Shown here in pieces: positions 45,555-56,400 of a stretch of DNA of 64,000 nt (positions are counted from its first letter, which is position 1; each line of letters starts with the position of its first letter). The stretch lies in NCBI RefSeq assembly GCF_054482525.1, contig NZ_JBTHVG010000003.1. One strand, 5' to 3'. The stretch is from a plasmid. Position numbers and translations under genes: made by a program. The notes beneath the pieces were generated by a model. It saw nothing but the letters and a program-made list of their open reading frames with translations, was not told the origin of the DNA and did not search any database.

Positions 45555-45989
45555 ATGTCTGTTATCCTTGAGCACATTAGCAACAAGCCTTACGAAATGG
45601 CACCTTTTTTCAGTGATTTACTGAGCTGTGGAGTGATGAGTCCGTGCGCCGGGCATGAAGATAATGAATTAAATTTGCATGAATATGTAGTCCGTAACCG
45701 CCCCTCAACCTTCTTTGTCAGGGCGGCGGGCCTCAGTATGATCAATGCCGGTATCAATGATGGCGCTATTCTGGTTGTGGATCGGTCTTTAACGGCACGA
45801 CACGGCTCTATCGTCGTTGCGCTGGTGGATGGAGAGTTCACGGTAAAGATCTTACACACGTATCCTGAGCTGCTTTTGATGCCTTCTAATCCAGCCTATA
45901 AGCCGATACGTGTAAATCCCGAATCCCTTGAGATATGGGGCGTCGTCACCTTTGCACTGAATCAGTTTAGCCATGTACATGCACGTTGA
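45555..45989 (+). CDS. umuD: UmuD/MucA-like self-cleaving accessory subunit of error-prone polymerase
   Basis: 144-aa ORF with LexA-like S24 peptidase features (cleavage-site-like CG, Ser/Lys dyad region). Confidence 0.8.
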   Translation: MSVILEHISNKPYEMAPFFSDLLSCGVMSPCAGHEDNELNLHEYVVRNRPSTFFVRAAGLSMINAGINDGAILVVDRSLTARHGSIVVALVDGEFTVKILHTYPELLLMPSNPAYKPIRVNPESLEIWGVVTFALNQFSHVHAR

Positions 45990-47232
45990 TATTAACGGGG
46001 CCTATGCGGCATTTGAGTGTGCGATGGATCCCAAGCTGGCAAAAAAGCCGCTCATCATAGCCAGCAATAACGATTCGTCCGTCATTGCAATGAATAAACT
46101 GGCTAAAAGCGTTGGTATTAAGCGTGGGACCCCAATTTTTAAGTGCAGGGATTTGATTCAGCAACACCAGATCGAAGTCCGGAGCTCTAACTTTACTTTG
46201 TATGAAGACTACTCAAATCGCTTCCATGAAACGCTGGAAAGCTTCGCGCCTCAATCGAGTCGATATAGCATAGATGAAAATTTCATGTTATTGAAAAACA
46301 TGAACAAGATAATAGATTATGAAGATTACGGCCGGTTGATCAGAAGTACACTTCTTCATAATCTGTCCCTTACCTGTGGTGTGGGGTGTTCAAGCACCAA
46401 AACCCTGGCTAAATTATGCACCTATGCGAGCAAACGATGGGCAGCTACAGGCGGGGTTGTAGTTTTGACTGATCAGGCCAGGATCAGGAAGCTCCTGGGC
46501 CTTATCAGTACCAGAGAAATATGGGGTATTGGTCAAAAGATCAGTGAACGCCTGTCGGCTTTCGGGATCATCACTGCCGGTGATTTTTATAATAGCGACG
46601 TTCGCTTTTTACGTAAAAGCTTTGGCGTTGAAATCGAGCGTACCTGGCGGGAACTGCATGGCGAACCATGTTTCCGGCTGCATGAATCCCCTCCTGTCCG
46701 GCAACAGATTATCGTTTCCAGAAGTTTTGGTCAGCGCCTTAATGAGATAGGCAAGCTACATGAGGCAGTTTCATTTTTTACCGCCCGGGCGGCAGAGCAG
46801 CTGCGCAAGGATGGCTCGTGGACCCGTCAAATCACAGTCTTCATTCAGAGCAGCAATTATGCGCAAGGTGAAAACCGCTACAGCAATTGTGGTATCGAGC
46901 CGCTTACCGCTACACAGGACACCCGCGATCTGGTTGATGCAGCCATGACCATCCTGAACCGCATTTACAAACCCGGGATAGCGTATGCGAAAGCTGGGGT
47001 AATGCTCTCCGCTATGACTGACGGCACAGAGCAACTCAGCCTGTTTGATGAGCGCCCGGCCAGGCCTGGCAGTCAGGCACTGATGAAAGTTATGGACCGG
47101 TTCAATAAAGAAAAGCGCGGAGCTCTGTTTTTGCTGGGGGAAGGCATTCAACAGGATTTTCGTATGAAACAGGCCATGCTATCACCGAGATATACGACCC
47201 GCTGGGATGAATTACTCGTTGTAAAAGCGTAG
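45973..47232 (+). CDS. umuC: UmuC/MucB-like Y-family DNA polymerase
   Basis: 419-aa ORF overlapping the umuD stop; N-terminus VDINGAYAAFE resembles the UmuC palm start; true start may be ATG at 45979. Confidence 0.85.
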   Translation: MYMHVDINGAYAAFECAMDPKLAKKPLIIASNNDSSVIAMNKLAKSVGIKRGTPIFKCRDLIQQHQIEVRSSNFTLYEDYSNRFHETLESFAPQSSRYSIDENFMLLKNMNKIIDYEDYGRLIRSTLLHNLSLTCGVGCSSTKTLAKLCTYASKRWAATGGVVVLTDQARIRKLLGLISTREIWGIGQKISERLSAFGIITAGDFYNSDVRFLRKSFGVEIERTWRELHGEPCFRLHESPPVRQQIIVSRSFGQRLNEIGKLHEAVSFFTARAAEQLRKDGSWTRQITVFIQSSNYAQGENRYSNCGIEPLTATQDTRDLVDAAMTILNRIYKPGIAYAKAGVMLSAMTDGTEQLSLFDERPARPGSQALMKVMDRFNKEKRGALFLLGEGIQQDFRMKQAMLSPRYTTRWDELLVVKA

Positions 47233-47277
47233 CGGCCATGACCGGCATGGCCGTACTCATCAAAAGTGAAAGTAACT

Positions 47278-48087
47278 TTAGGCCCCGCGAGCTTTTTCGA
47301 TTGCGCCCTGCAAAGTTGCTGCGTCCATAGCCCCGGGGATAAATGTGGTAGTCGCCGCATTCGGCTTTTTCATATTCATAATGATGAAGCCGGGTGTGCC
47401 GGTGATCCCAAGCGCTTCGCCCAGCTGCATGTTGCCGGAGATCACGTTTTCATATCGGTTTTTTTCCCTGTCAGAAAACGTGCTGTTAAACCCTGACTTA
47501 TCCACCACAGTATTAAAGTCGCTGAGTTCGAATTTGCGTTGAGAGGTCATGAAGGTATGAGCCACAGCCATCAGGTTGTTGTGGTATTTACGATAGGCTT
47601 CAGCACCGAAATTCTGATAGACGTGCAGACCCGTAGCGGCCCCCATGGCAGATACAGGTTTTGAACCGGCAAAAATCGGGAATTCTTTAAAGAAGAATTT
47701 TACATCTTTGCTCTGATTCATTACCGATTCAACAACAGGTGTAACCCGCATGCAGTAAATACACTGATAGTCGAAGAACTCGATTACCGCGACGTCGGCG
47801 TCATCCGGGCCGATGTTTGGCGTCTCCTTGGTATCCAGCAGAGCTGGCGCATATGGAATTATTCGTTCCACTGAGGCACTTACGTTCTGATTTTCCAGCG
47901 CCTTACCTGCTTCCACTAAATAATGGGGATTTTTTACCAGGTAAGTAGCGGCAATTTTGCCAATTTCTTCCTCACTGAGCACCTTCGGTTTAAAATAAGT
48001 TGCCGCGATTAACGCCGAGGCAGCGGTAGCAATTACCGCAGAAATTAAAATCGTGGCCATCGGTTTTAAATAAAATTCTTTAGACAT
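47278..48087 (-). CDS. DsbA-like thiol:disulfide oxidoreductase
   Basis: 269-aa ORF with N-terminal membrane anchor and thioredoxin-fold CIYC active site. Confidence 0.7.
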   Translation of the reverse strand: MSKEFYLKPMATILISAVIATAASALIAATYFKPKVLSEEEIGKIAATYLVKNPHYLVEAGKALENQNVSASVERIIPYAPALLDTKETPNIGPDDADVAVIEFFDYQCIYCMRVTPVVESVMNQSKDVKFFFKEFPIFAGSKPVSAMGAATGLHVYQNFGAEAYRKYHNNLMAVAHTFMTSQRKFELSDFNTVVDKSGFNSTFSDREKNRYENVISGNMQLGEALGITGTPGFIIMNMKKPNAATTTFIPGAMDAATLQGAIEKARGA

Positions 48088-48193
48088 AGCTACCTTTATG
48101 CTTTTCAGCCTGTTAGTTATTAACCTGCGATGGATTATACTGGCCCGGTAAATCGGAATTATTCGTGAAACAATGCTTTTTGGAGATTAAAGG

Positions 48194-48805
48194 ATGATTA
48201 GGCAGGGCTTTATACTCACAACCGCAATGCTTTTGAGTGGTTGTGGATATCATTTCGCAAACCAGGTAGATGCGTACGATCTAATGCCTCGTCCTGTTAC
48301 AAATAAAAGGTTTCAGATAGTCCCTCCGGACGAAAGTATTCAGTCCAGAATGTTTTCAGGCCGTTTTGCTGATGGATTAGCAAAAAAAGGAGTCATTATT
48401 TCCACTCACCAGCCAGATTATGTGCTCAGGTTCCGAATGAGCAGCTCACAGGAGAACATGCAGTATAGCGAGCAGCTTCTTACTGGGGTGACAGGCTACG
48501 TTGTAGATAAAAAGACAACGAGAACTGACAAGCATGGCGAATCGCATACTGACTATGACTACAGGCCGGTCGATGGGGTAATAGGCACTGAGACGATGTC
48601 GCAGATGCACTATATGCGACAGCTGGATGTCGAGGTATACCCGTCAGCGAAAGGAGCAAAGCAGGTTCTGAAAGTGAGTATGCAAAGCAATGCACCTGTG
48701 CCGTCAGACAGCATTGCTTATTCAGCAATGATCGACGCCTTTACTGATAAATTTGATGCGCCGCTGCGTTCCGGAAATTATGTTGCAGTGATCCCCTGGA
48801 ACTGA
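48194..48805 (+). CDS. putative lipoprotein
   Basis: 203-aa ORF with lipobox LLSGC. Confidence 0.45.
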   Translation: MIRQGFILTTAMLLSGCGYHFANQVDAYDLMPRPVTNKRFQIVPPDESIQSRMFSGRFADGLAKKGVIISTHQPDYVLRFRMSSSQENMQYSEQLLTGVTGYVVDKKTTRTDKHGESHTDYDYRPVDGVIGTETMSQMHYMRQLDVEVYPSAKGAKQVLKVSMQSNAPVPSDSIAYSAMIDAFTDKFDAPLRSGNYVAVIPWN

Positions 48806-48864
48806 AAGCAGACGGCGGGAAGAGAATGTTCAAAAGTGACTTTTGGACACGCACATAAACGTGG

Positions 48865-49287
48865 CTATCGCCCTCCCCCATTAAAATCATAAAGTCGGTA
48901 AAGATCGCCCATCGTGATGGAATTGGGCTTATTAATGATTAGATACTGTAACTGTTCTTTATGTTGAGTACTGGCGGCTGCATTCATAAGCACTTCCAGG
49001 TAGAACTTGTAGCCTATGCTTCGCTCTGAATACATATACTGGAACTGCATCAGTAAAATGCCTGACATAACATACAACAGCAGCAGACTGAGTAACACAG
49101 TGCTATCAGGCTGTTCCAGTGCCATACTGACATACCCTGAACCCAGAATGCACAGAAGCCAACCCGTCATTAGAGCAGGCACCCTACGACTCAGACGTTC
49201 ATAACAACGTTTTATTACGGGATCCCGGAGATACTTTTTGTCAGGTATCCCCGTTGCCCTGATGACGAAGTTACTGAGTATCGACAT
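48865..49287 (-). CDS. hypothetical membrane protein
   Basis: 140-aa ORF with two central hydrophobic helices. Confidence 0.4.
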   Translation of the reverse strand: MSILSNFVIRATGIPDKKYLRDPVIKRCYERLSRRVPALMTGWLLCILGSGYVSMALEQPDSTVLLSLLLLYVMSGILLMQFQYMYSERSIGYKFYLEVLMNAAASTQHKEQLQYLIINKPNSITMGDLYRLYDFNGGGR

Positions 49288-49320
49288 CTTTTTTCCTTCT
49301 GGACGCTCTCAGTCAATAAA

Positions 49321-49719
49321 TCAGGCCAGGCGCTCATTGAAAGCTACCACGAGCTGCGAATCGGGATTTTTTACCAGTTCGGGCCGGATAACTTTTAGTT
49401 GCCTCGTTGGGGCGAGCTCATCTGTAGGCCTGATGGTGGTATTACCCGGCCCCTTGCGGGTACTGTCGGTGTTTACCTTGAGCTTTTTATTTCCCAGGTA
49501 GCTTTCCATCTTTTTAGAGATGGTGTCACCTGTGGTCGCAACACCAGAGAGTTCCTTTAGTTGTTCACCTTGATCCATTTGTACCGATGACATCAGAAAT
49601 ACGATTCCTGGATCGTTTTCCGTTCCACAGGCTCCGTACTGACATTGTGCAGCGAAAACGGGCTGTACACCTACAGCAACCAGCATTAACGTACTCAGTA
49701 AAGTAGATTTCATACACAC
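49321..49719 (-). CDS. secreted hypothetical protein
   Basis: 132-aa ORF with signal peptide; start may be the internal Met at 49713. Confidence 0.4.
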   Translation of the reverse strand: MCMKSTLLSTLMLVAVGVQPVFAAQCQYGACGTENDPGIVFLMSSVQMDQGEQLKELSGVATTGDTISKKMESYLGNKKLKVNTDSTRKGPGNTTIRPTDELAPTRQLKVIRPELVKNPDSQLVVAFNERLA

Positions 49720-49737
49720 CTCTTACAGTCGGAAAAG

Positions 49738-50487
49738 TTACTTTTGCGCAGCGCCCATTTGGGTCACCAGGTTTTCCGGGCTCAGCCACCCCGTAAATAA
49801 CTGCGGTTTGCCGCTTAGTGTCACCATGGTAGGAGTACCTTGCAGCGGGATTGTTGAGGCCACCTGGAAATGCGATTTGATAATGTTTAAGCAAGCCTCA
49901 TCAGGACGTCCTTCCGGGATAGTTGAAACCGGATTCATCGCTGCATCCAGAGCTTCGTTTGGCTTTGCTGAACACCAGATTTTGGCCATGTTCCCGGCTA
50001 CTACCGAGTTCAGTCCTGCACGTGGGAATGCAAGAAACTTAATCGAAATACCGGCATCAAGATAAGACTTCAGATCATGATGCAGTTTTTGGCAGTATCC
50101 ACAGGTTATATCGGTAAAGATAGCAAGCCGGTATTTTTCGTTTGGTGATTTGTAGTCGATGGATTTTGTTTTGGATGCGAATTCCCGGACGCCCATTAAA
50201 ATGGCCTGCTCAGTGGTGTTTACCACATCTTTACCTTTCACGTGGAATAAGCTTCCGGTAAAAATGTAATCTCCGTCTTTGCTCACGTAACTTACCCCCT
50301 CCCTGGAAATCACCGTAAAAATATCTTTTACTGGCGAGGGTTCGACGTGCTCGATTGAAAGCCCAATGGCTTTGAGCTTATCCCGGGCTGCATCTGGCAG
50401 TACCATTGTATTAACCGGCTCGGCATTCATCGTGAAGGCGGTACTTAATGAAAGAAGTAATACCGATGCCTTAATAATTTTTTTCAT
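49738..50487 (-). CDS. DsbC-like periplasmic disulfide isomerase
   Basis: 249-aa ORF with signal peptide and CGYC active site in a thioredoxin-like C-terminal domain. Confidence 0.75.
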   Translation of the reverse strand: MKKIIKASVLLLSLSTAFTMNAEPVNTMVLPDAARDKLKAIGLSIEHVEPSPVKDIFTVISREGVSYVSKDGDYIFTGSLFHVKGKDVVNTTEQAILMGVREFASKTKSIDYKSPNEKYRLAIFTDITCGYCQKLHHDLKSYLDAGISIKFLAFPRAGLNSVVAGNMAKIWCSAKPNEALDAAMNPVSTIPEGRPDEACLNIIKSHFQVASTIPLQGTPTMVTLSGKPQLFTGWLSPENLVTQMGAAQK

Positions 50488-50634
50488 TTATGCTCCTTGA
50501 ATCGAGCACTAATATTATCACGCCCAAAAATTCCAGAATTTTGCTTAAACGCTTAAATCAACGGGTAAAGCCGAAAGAAAGTCGATAGATATATGGGAGA
50601 ATAGATAAAACGTAGATTCAGTGGAGAAATCGTT

Positions 50635-51174
50635 GTGTTTACACCACCAGCAGATGATGTGAAACCTATTCCCGTTCCTGATGAGATTTACACTCAGTGC
50701 ATTACGGATGCCGCCCGCTTCTTCGGAATTGATGCCGAACTGGTTTTTACGTTGTTTGACAATGAAGGCGGTAAGGTTGGTACTTTCAGCAGGAATACTA
50801 ACGGCACTTATGATATTGGCCCGATGCAGATCAACTCATCCAATCTGCCTGAAATAAAAAAGCATTTCCCGACTGTAACGTGGCGGGTTCTGGCTTACGA
50901 TGCTTGCGCTAGTTTCTGGGTTGGAACATGGTGGCTCTACAGAAAAATTGTTGATCGCAAGGGCAATGTGTTTGAAGGGATTGCAGATTACAACAGCAAA
51001 ACCCCAAAGGTACGTGCAAAGTACATATTTAACTTCATGGTAAAGTACAATCGCCGGATCCAGCAGCGTAACGGGATGGGTGAGCTTTATCAATGGACCC
51101 AACAACCTCCTCGATACAATGGCCATATAGCTAAAAATGTCCCGGAGCAAAACCCGACTCCTGTTGTTAAATAA
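50635..51174 (+). CDS. lytic transglycosylase (conjugation-associated)
   Basis: 179-aa ORF with SLT-domain-like sequence; assignment from general resemblance. Confidence 0.6.
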   Translation: MFTPPADDVKPIPVPDEIYTQCITDAARFFGIDAELVFTLFDNEGGKVGTFSRNTNGTYDIGPMQINSSNLPEIKKHFPTVTWRVLAYDACASFWVGTWWLYRKIVDRKGNVFEGIADYNSKTPKVRAKYIFNFMVKYNRRIQQRNGMGELYQWTQQPPRYNGHIAKNVPEQNPTPVVK

Positions 51175-51256
51175 ATTCAACCTGATATTACAGAAGATCA
51201 TCGAGTAGCTTGGGTACCCCCCCGCAAAAAATTCGCATAGACTCAGGGGTAATAAA

Positions 51257-51823
51257 TTGTCTTTTTCTGCAAGAAATATATTTAAGATTCTCTCTTCTTT
51301 CTTGATGCAGAAAAGCCCTCTTCATGAAGAAGTATGTGTTCCTGAAGAAACAACAGCTGGTTTATGGGGCCCTCTCCCTGATTCGCATGTCGTGCTTTTC
51401 TTAGATTTCGATGGGGTTTGTCACAGGTGCAAAAATGAAACCTTTGAGCGAATGCCATTGGTGGAAAAATTACTGGATAAATGCCCTTCCATGGTGATTG
51501 TCATCTCCAGTTCGTGGCGTGAATGTGCCAGTATAACTTACCTGAAATCTCTTTTCCGGCTACCTTATAGAGACAAAGTCATAGGTGCTACCGATTCGGT
51601 ATATTTAAAACCTAATCAGTCAGGTGTGCGGGCTGCTGAGTGTGAGGACTTTGTATTTTCACATCGAGTTAAAGCATTTATCTGCCTTGATGACGACGAA
51701 TCATTATTCCCGGTCGGTTATCCACATTTGCAAAAAACCAATTATTACACCGGCCTCACCGAATCTGATCTTGCAGCTCTTAACACCAGGTATCATCTGC
51801 TTATGAAACGTTGGGCTTCCTGA
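51257..51823 (+). CDS. hypothetical protein, possibly HAD-like hydrolase
   Basis: 188-aa ORF with FLDFDGV motif resembling HAD motif I (DxDG[TV]); weak. Confidence 0.4.
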   Translation: MSFSARNIFKILSSFLMQKSPLHEEVCVPEETTAGLWGPLPDSHVVLFLDFDGVCHRCKNETFERMPLVEKLLDKCPSMVIVISSSWRECASITYLKSLFRLPYRDKVIGATDSVYLKPNQSGVRAAECEDFVFSHRVKAFICLDDDESLFPVGYPHLQKTNYYTGLTESDLAALNTRYHLLMKRWAS

Positions 51824-51930
51824 ATTAAAGTAACTTTTACGGAGAGCATGCCCGCATTATCAGTTCTATGCTTCTCCATTTCTGCCCCGGGTCAAAGCAT
51901 TGCACAGTTGGAAGAAAACATGCCGGTCTC

Positions 51931-53220
51931 TTAAGCTTGCTGCTCAGTTTGGTTCCGGTGCTGAAAAACCTGCCAACGGTGCTTTAGGAATTCAGTATTG
52001 ATGGGTTTACGCAGCGGCTTAATAAACTCTCCTTGATATGCCGCTAAATCATGATCTACCGCCAAAGCTTCAGCGAGAATGTTAACCTCCAACGTCACCG
52101 GATGAATGGCAATCATGTTTGCGTCGAAAAGATCGTGTATATCATGGCGTAAGAGCAACCCATTTGTATAATGGTCTACTCCTCCGTTACGATGCTCCAT
52201 CAGATGAGCAGCCTCAGTGCGCTGGCGCAGTCTAGAGCCTGTAATCACACATTGGTCATAACAGTTGTTGCGGACGGCTTCTGCAAATGAGGCCTGATCT
52301 GGTCGTGTCTCGACAGTTGTCTTACTACCCTTACGCTTACCCGGTACAGTAGTTTCATCAGGAATATTCGGCTGAAGCTCCTTTTCTTCTATACCATCAG
52401 TCTTCATAGCGACCATAATCGCGGCCGGTGGAGATTTAGGCTGATCTTCCTGCGATCTTTCGCGGCCACCAACTGGATACCCTAGAAAACCCTCAATGAT
52501 CTCTAGTGGAGGTAATGTAGCGTTTGAACGTGCATAAATAGCGAACTCTGCGGCACGTCCGCCGGGAATATATCTACGTACCAGTATTGGAAGAGAGGCT
52601 TCTTCATCTGGTTCCTCTTTTTCCGACAGGATTATTCGTTCGGTGAGACGGGCTGAATTTTTTTTCATTTCACTCAACAGTCTATTGCGTTCTTTTACCT
52701 TTCGGTCATTATCCTCCAACATCTTACGATGACTAACCTTAGCCAGATGGTCTTCCAGTTCCTGTATATATTCGGGATCGATAGTGTCAATTAGACCGAA
52801 CGCCATCAACCGCTCCCCCCTTGTTTTACAAGATTCTAGCCGAACGCGAATGTACTCCTTACGCTTGGCCATCAAATGTTCTTTTTGTTTTTTTTCTCGA
52901 ATTACACGGAGCTGAGTATTGTAATTAGAATAAACGGTTTCGCTATTCTGCTCTGTCTCTAGAGCAAATTTTTGTAGGTGTTCACGTAGTTTTTTACGGG
53001 TATTTTTGGGGGCATGCATTACGGTACGCTCAATGTATGAGCCTGTGCAGCGTAAAGAAAGTACAGTTTCAGCATGGGAATAACCAGCATTGAGACGATA
53101 GCGGGCAATTTTAAGCAAATTATTAAAGTGTGCACCATTACATATACCTAGTTCTTCCAAGACACGACGTTCTCTATCATTAATAGATGGATGGTTAATA
53201 TCTTTTACTTTGTTTGCCAT
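51931..53220 (-). CDS. HNH endonuclease-domain protein with long N-terminal coiled region
   Basis: 429-aa ORF; C-terminal CYDQC ... HLMEHRNGGVDHYTNGLLLRHDIHDLFD resembles an HNH motif. Confidence 0.6.
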   Translation of the reverse strand: MANKVKDINHPSINDRERRVLEELGICNGAHFNNLLKIARYRLNAGYSHAETVLSLRCTGSYIERTVMHAPKNTRKKLREHLQKFALETEQNSETVYSNYNTQLRVIREKKQKEHLMAKRKEYIRVRLESCKTRGERLMAFGLIDTIDPEYIQELEDHLAKVSHRKMLEDNDRKVKERNRLLSEMKKNSARLTERIILSEKEEPDEEASLPILVRRYIPGGRAAEFAIYARSNATLPPLEIIEGFLGYPVGGRERSQEDQPKSPPAAIMVAMKTDGIEEKELQPNIPDETTVPGKRKGSKTTVETRPDQASFAEAVRNNCYDQCVITGSRLRQRTEAAHLMEHRNGGVDHYTNGLLLRHDIHDLFDANMIAIHPVTLEVNILAEALAVDHDLAAYQGEFIKPLRKPINTEFLKHRWQVFQHRNQTEQQA

Positions 53221-53308
53221 GTCCTGTGTCTCAGTGCCTATTCAGCCGGAACATCTACTACATAAAGAACGAGATTGTACAGAAATCAGCTAAGTTTATG
53301 AATAAAAA

Positions 53309-53345
53309 AGGCCGCAAATTTATACTTTGCGGCCTTCACTGTTTA
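53309..53345 (-). terminator. hairpin terminator downstream of trhG
   Basis: AAGGCCGCAAA-loop-TTTGCGGCCTT with flanking A/T runs. Confidence 0.45.
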
Positions 53346-53400
53346 ACACCATATTTTAGTAAATACGTTTAATTTTCATTAGGTTATATTTGAAACTCAC

Positions 53401-56400
53401 CTACCTTTTATTTTCATTAAGCCACTGATCCGCTTTATCGACACGTGACTGGTAAGGCTCATTTGTGTTGCTCAGCTCTGACTTCATGTACTGAATGAAT
53501 TCATCTGCTTTCTGAGGCCCAAAGCGTGGGTCATCCGTCAATTGCTGCCGGATAGCCCTTTCAGAGTTCTGCGCTGCATTCGCATAAGTCGAAACGCCGT
53601 CGCTGCTAATACTCTGATACCGGTCACTTACAGCTGCGACGCCATCAGACATCTGCATGTGATTAAGGACTTTACCCTGGAGAGAATCAGGCATATTTGC
53701 AGGGTTAGAGGCATCATTTGCTATCGATGTCTGGGTTTGAAGGATGCCCGCTCCCGTAAGCATCTCATTTACCGGTTTCGCCCCAACGCTGGTTAGCGTA
53801 TCCGAAACAAATTGCTGGCCCCCGAGTAGCGCACCAGAAATCGCGCCCCGCTCAGTGTTGGCCTCTATCTTTTCCCCAACCAAGCGATCTGTGACGGTCT
53901 GAGTGCGGTTACCAACGAGACCACCGCCCGACCCACCCTCTCCTAGGTTTGCCCGTACGACTGACTCAAGTGAACCATCAGCTCTGTTATGAGTGTTGAA
54001 ACTGCTATGGATGCTCTGAACGTCATTCATACTCCAGTTAACGTTATAGTTACCCAGTTCATTAAGGATCTTCTGGGTATCCGCTTTGAGCTGCTCTCTT
54101 TCGGCACCGGTAGCCATGGTGCTGGCACCATAGGTAAAGACAGCTTGCTGTGCCAATTCAGCTCGCTTATCGTCCCGGCTTAAGTTCGGGTTGTTGGCAA
54201 CACGACTAAAGTAGTTATCAGTGTTATTAGATAAGCCACGAACTTGACCGCTCTGATACATACTGTTCAAAGCAGTGGCTCGTTGATCCATTCCATCACC
54301 AACCACCCGACCTCCGGTAGCCTTTTCCAGATCGTTAAATGTGCCTTCTGCATTTCTGACATCCTGACCTGAATTGACGACTTTCTCTACACCCTGATTA
54401 TTCAGTACAGGGCCATTCGTTTTGAGAGAATTGAGCACATTCCTTTCTTCATCAGAATAAGTGCGGCCCACGTTGTTGTTATGTATTCCCTGAATATCGC
54501 CTTTGCCCGCGTTATCAAGGTTATACGGAGTAAAGCCAGCTTCACTTTTTCCAGGGACACGCTGAGTCGCGTCCTGAGCGTTGGAGGAAAGACCGAGTTT
54601 AGCCTGCGAATCAACACTTCCACCCAGTTCCCCTACGCGTGACGCACTCATCACGCCAGACGTATTTACGCTGTCAGGAGTTCTATCCTGTGCCTGAGTG
54701 ATAGTATTAATTCCTGACCCTTCGCCTGAAATTCTGTCGAGCTGATTGGTGATAGGTAGCAGCTGCTGTGCATTACCACCGAAGTCGGAAACCAGACTTT
54801 TAAGCAGGCTGGAGGTTTCACGGAGATCCTGTTTATTACTTTCGGCCGTCTCTCCCCGGGCGGTATCAATCGCAATTTTTTGCTCACTGAAATCTCGTGT
54901 TGCAGCCACAAGCGCGTCAGTACGTTGAAGCTGCGAACCAAGCTGATTACTGGCCTTGAAGGTATCGTTATAGGAGTTGAATTTCTCCATAAACGCATTC
55001 TCATCCAGCCCATTCTTACGAGCAAAATTCCTTACATCATCATCACTGAAGTTTTTGTTGCGAATAGAATCGGAGAACCTGTCCAGGTTAATGCTTTGTT
55101 TAGAATCAAGGCTCATTCCACTATTGGAGCTGGCGTTAGTCGATACCGATGTAGAAATGTTTTGCGCCATCGTCTGTGTCGCCTGGTTCATTTTCGACGA
55201 TGCTTCTTTAAACGCATTAGTATTGGATATCTGATCGCTGCTTACCTGAGACGCCGCTTTACTGAACTGGTCAGTCAAAGCAGAATCCTGGCTAAGCTGA
55301 TTCGTGATTGCTTTTGAAAGGTCATTTGAAAGCGAGTCACTGCCTGTATTGGTCTTAGATGCGCCGCTACTCAATTGCCCTGCTACAGCTGCTTTCAGCC
55401 CGGCTCCGTTGCCAGTTCCAGCACCTCCATTAAGCCCAGCGTTTAGAATAACATTTGAAGCAATGCTGGCCATCTGAGACGCACTCACCCCATGTTTCGT
55501 TGCAATACCTTCTGCTACAGAGGCACCAATCTTATCCGAGATCTGCTTCATTGTTTGCAGGTTGGTTGAGAACTGCTGGCTCGACTGTCCTGACCTTCCA
55601 ATTTCACTCATCTGACTGTAACCAGCCTGGAATGAATTACTTGCCGCACTCATAACTGATGAGGTTACAGCTGATCCTTGCCCCTGGCTGTTAGCGATAC
55701 TTGAACCAGCATTCCACATTCCAAGACGGAAATTACTTGAATCAACTGCGCCGCCATCGCTGTATCCCTGACCGGTACTGGTCAAGGCGGTTCGTGTCAC
55801 GTCACCAAATGAAGATTTACCGCTGTTAGGGCCATCCCATACTTTGGGCGTTACATGACCAGTATCCACCGGCGCATCGGGGGTCACTCCCTTAACCGCA
55901 TTCATCATCGGGTGAATCGACTGTGTCATCAGGAATAATGTGAGTACCGGAATCAGAGCATAAAGCGCGGAAGCAACAGACAGGTATGAACTGTATGTTT
56001 CCGCAAGCCCTGGGAGCCCCATCCACGTGACGGCATTATTCTGGCTGTTGAGGGTGCTCCAGGTATCCAGATCGGCCGTCGCGACTTTCTTCACATACGC
56101 GTTGACCATTACTGCCGTAAGCGGCCACATATTCACGAAGAGAATAAGTTGCAAATATTTCGCCGCAGCGGCAACACCATTACCACCTAACGCCAGCAGC
56201 ATAAGCAAAGCAAATGGAGCAACCATGTAAGCAAACATCTCAAGGAATGCGATTGCTGCTCCAGACAGTTGTAACCACAACTGGCCCTGTGAAGCCATTG
56301 TGTTGGTTCGCTTCAGAGAAGCCTCAAACAACTGCATATCGGAAGCCAGACTGAGTGGGGTCTTATATTTGCTTGCGCCATTTCTGAGCTCATTCATTAT

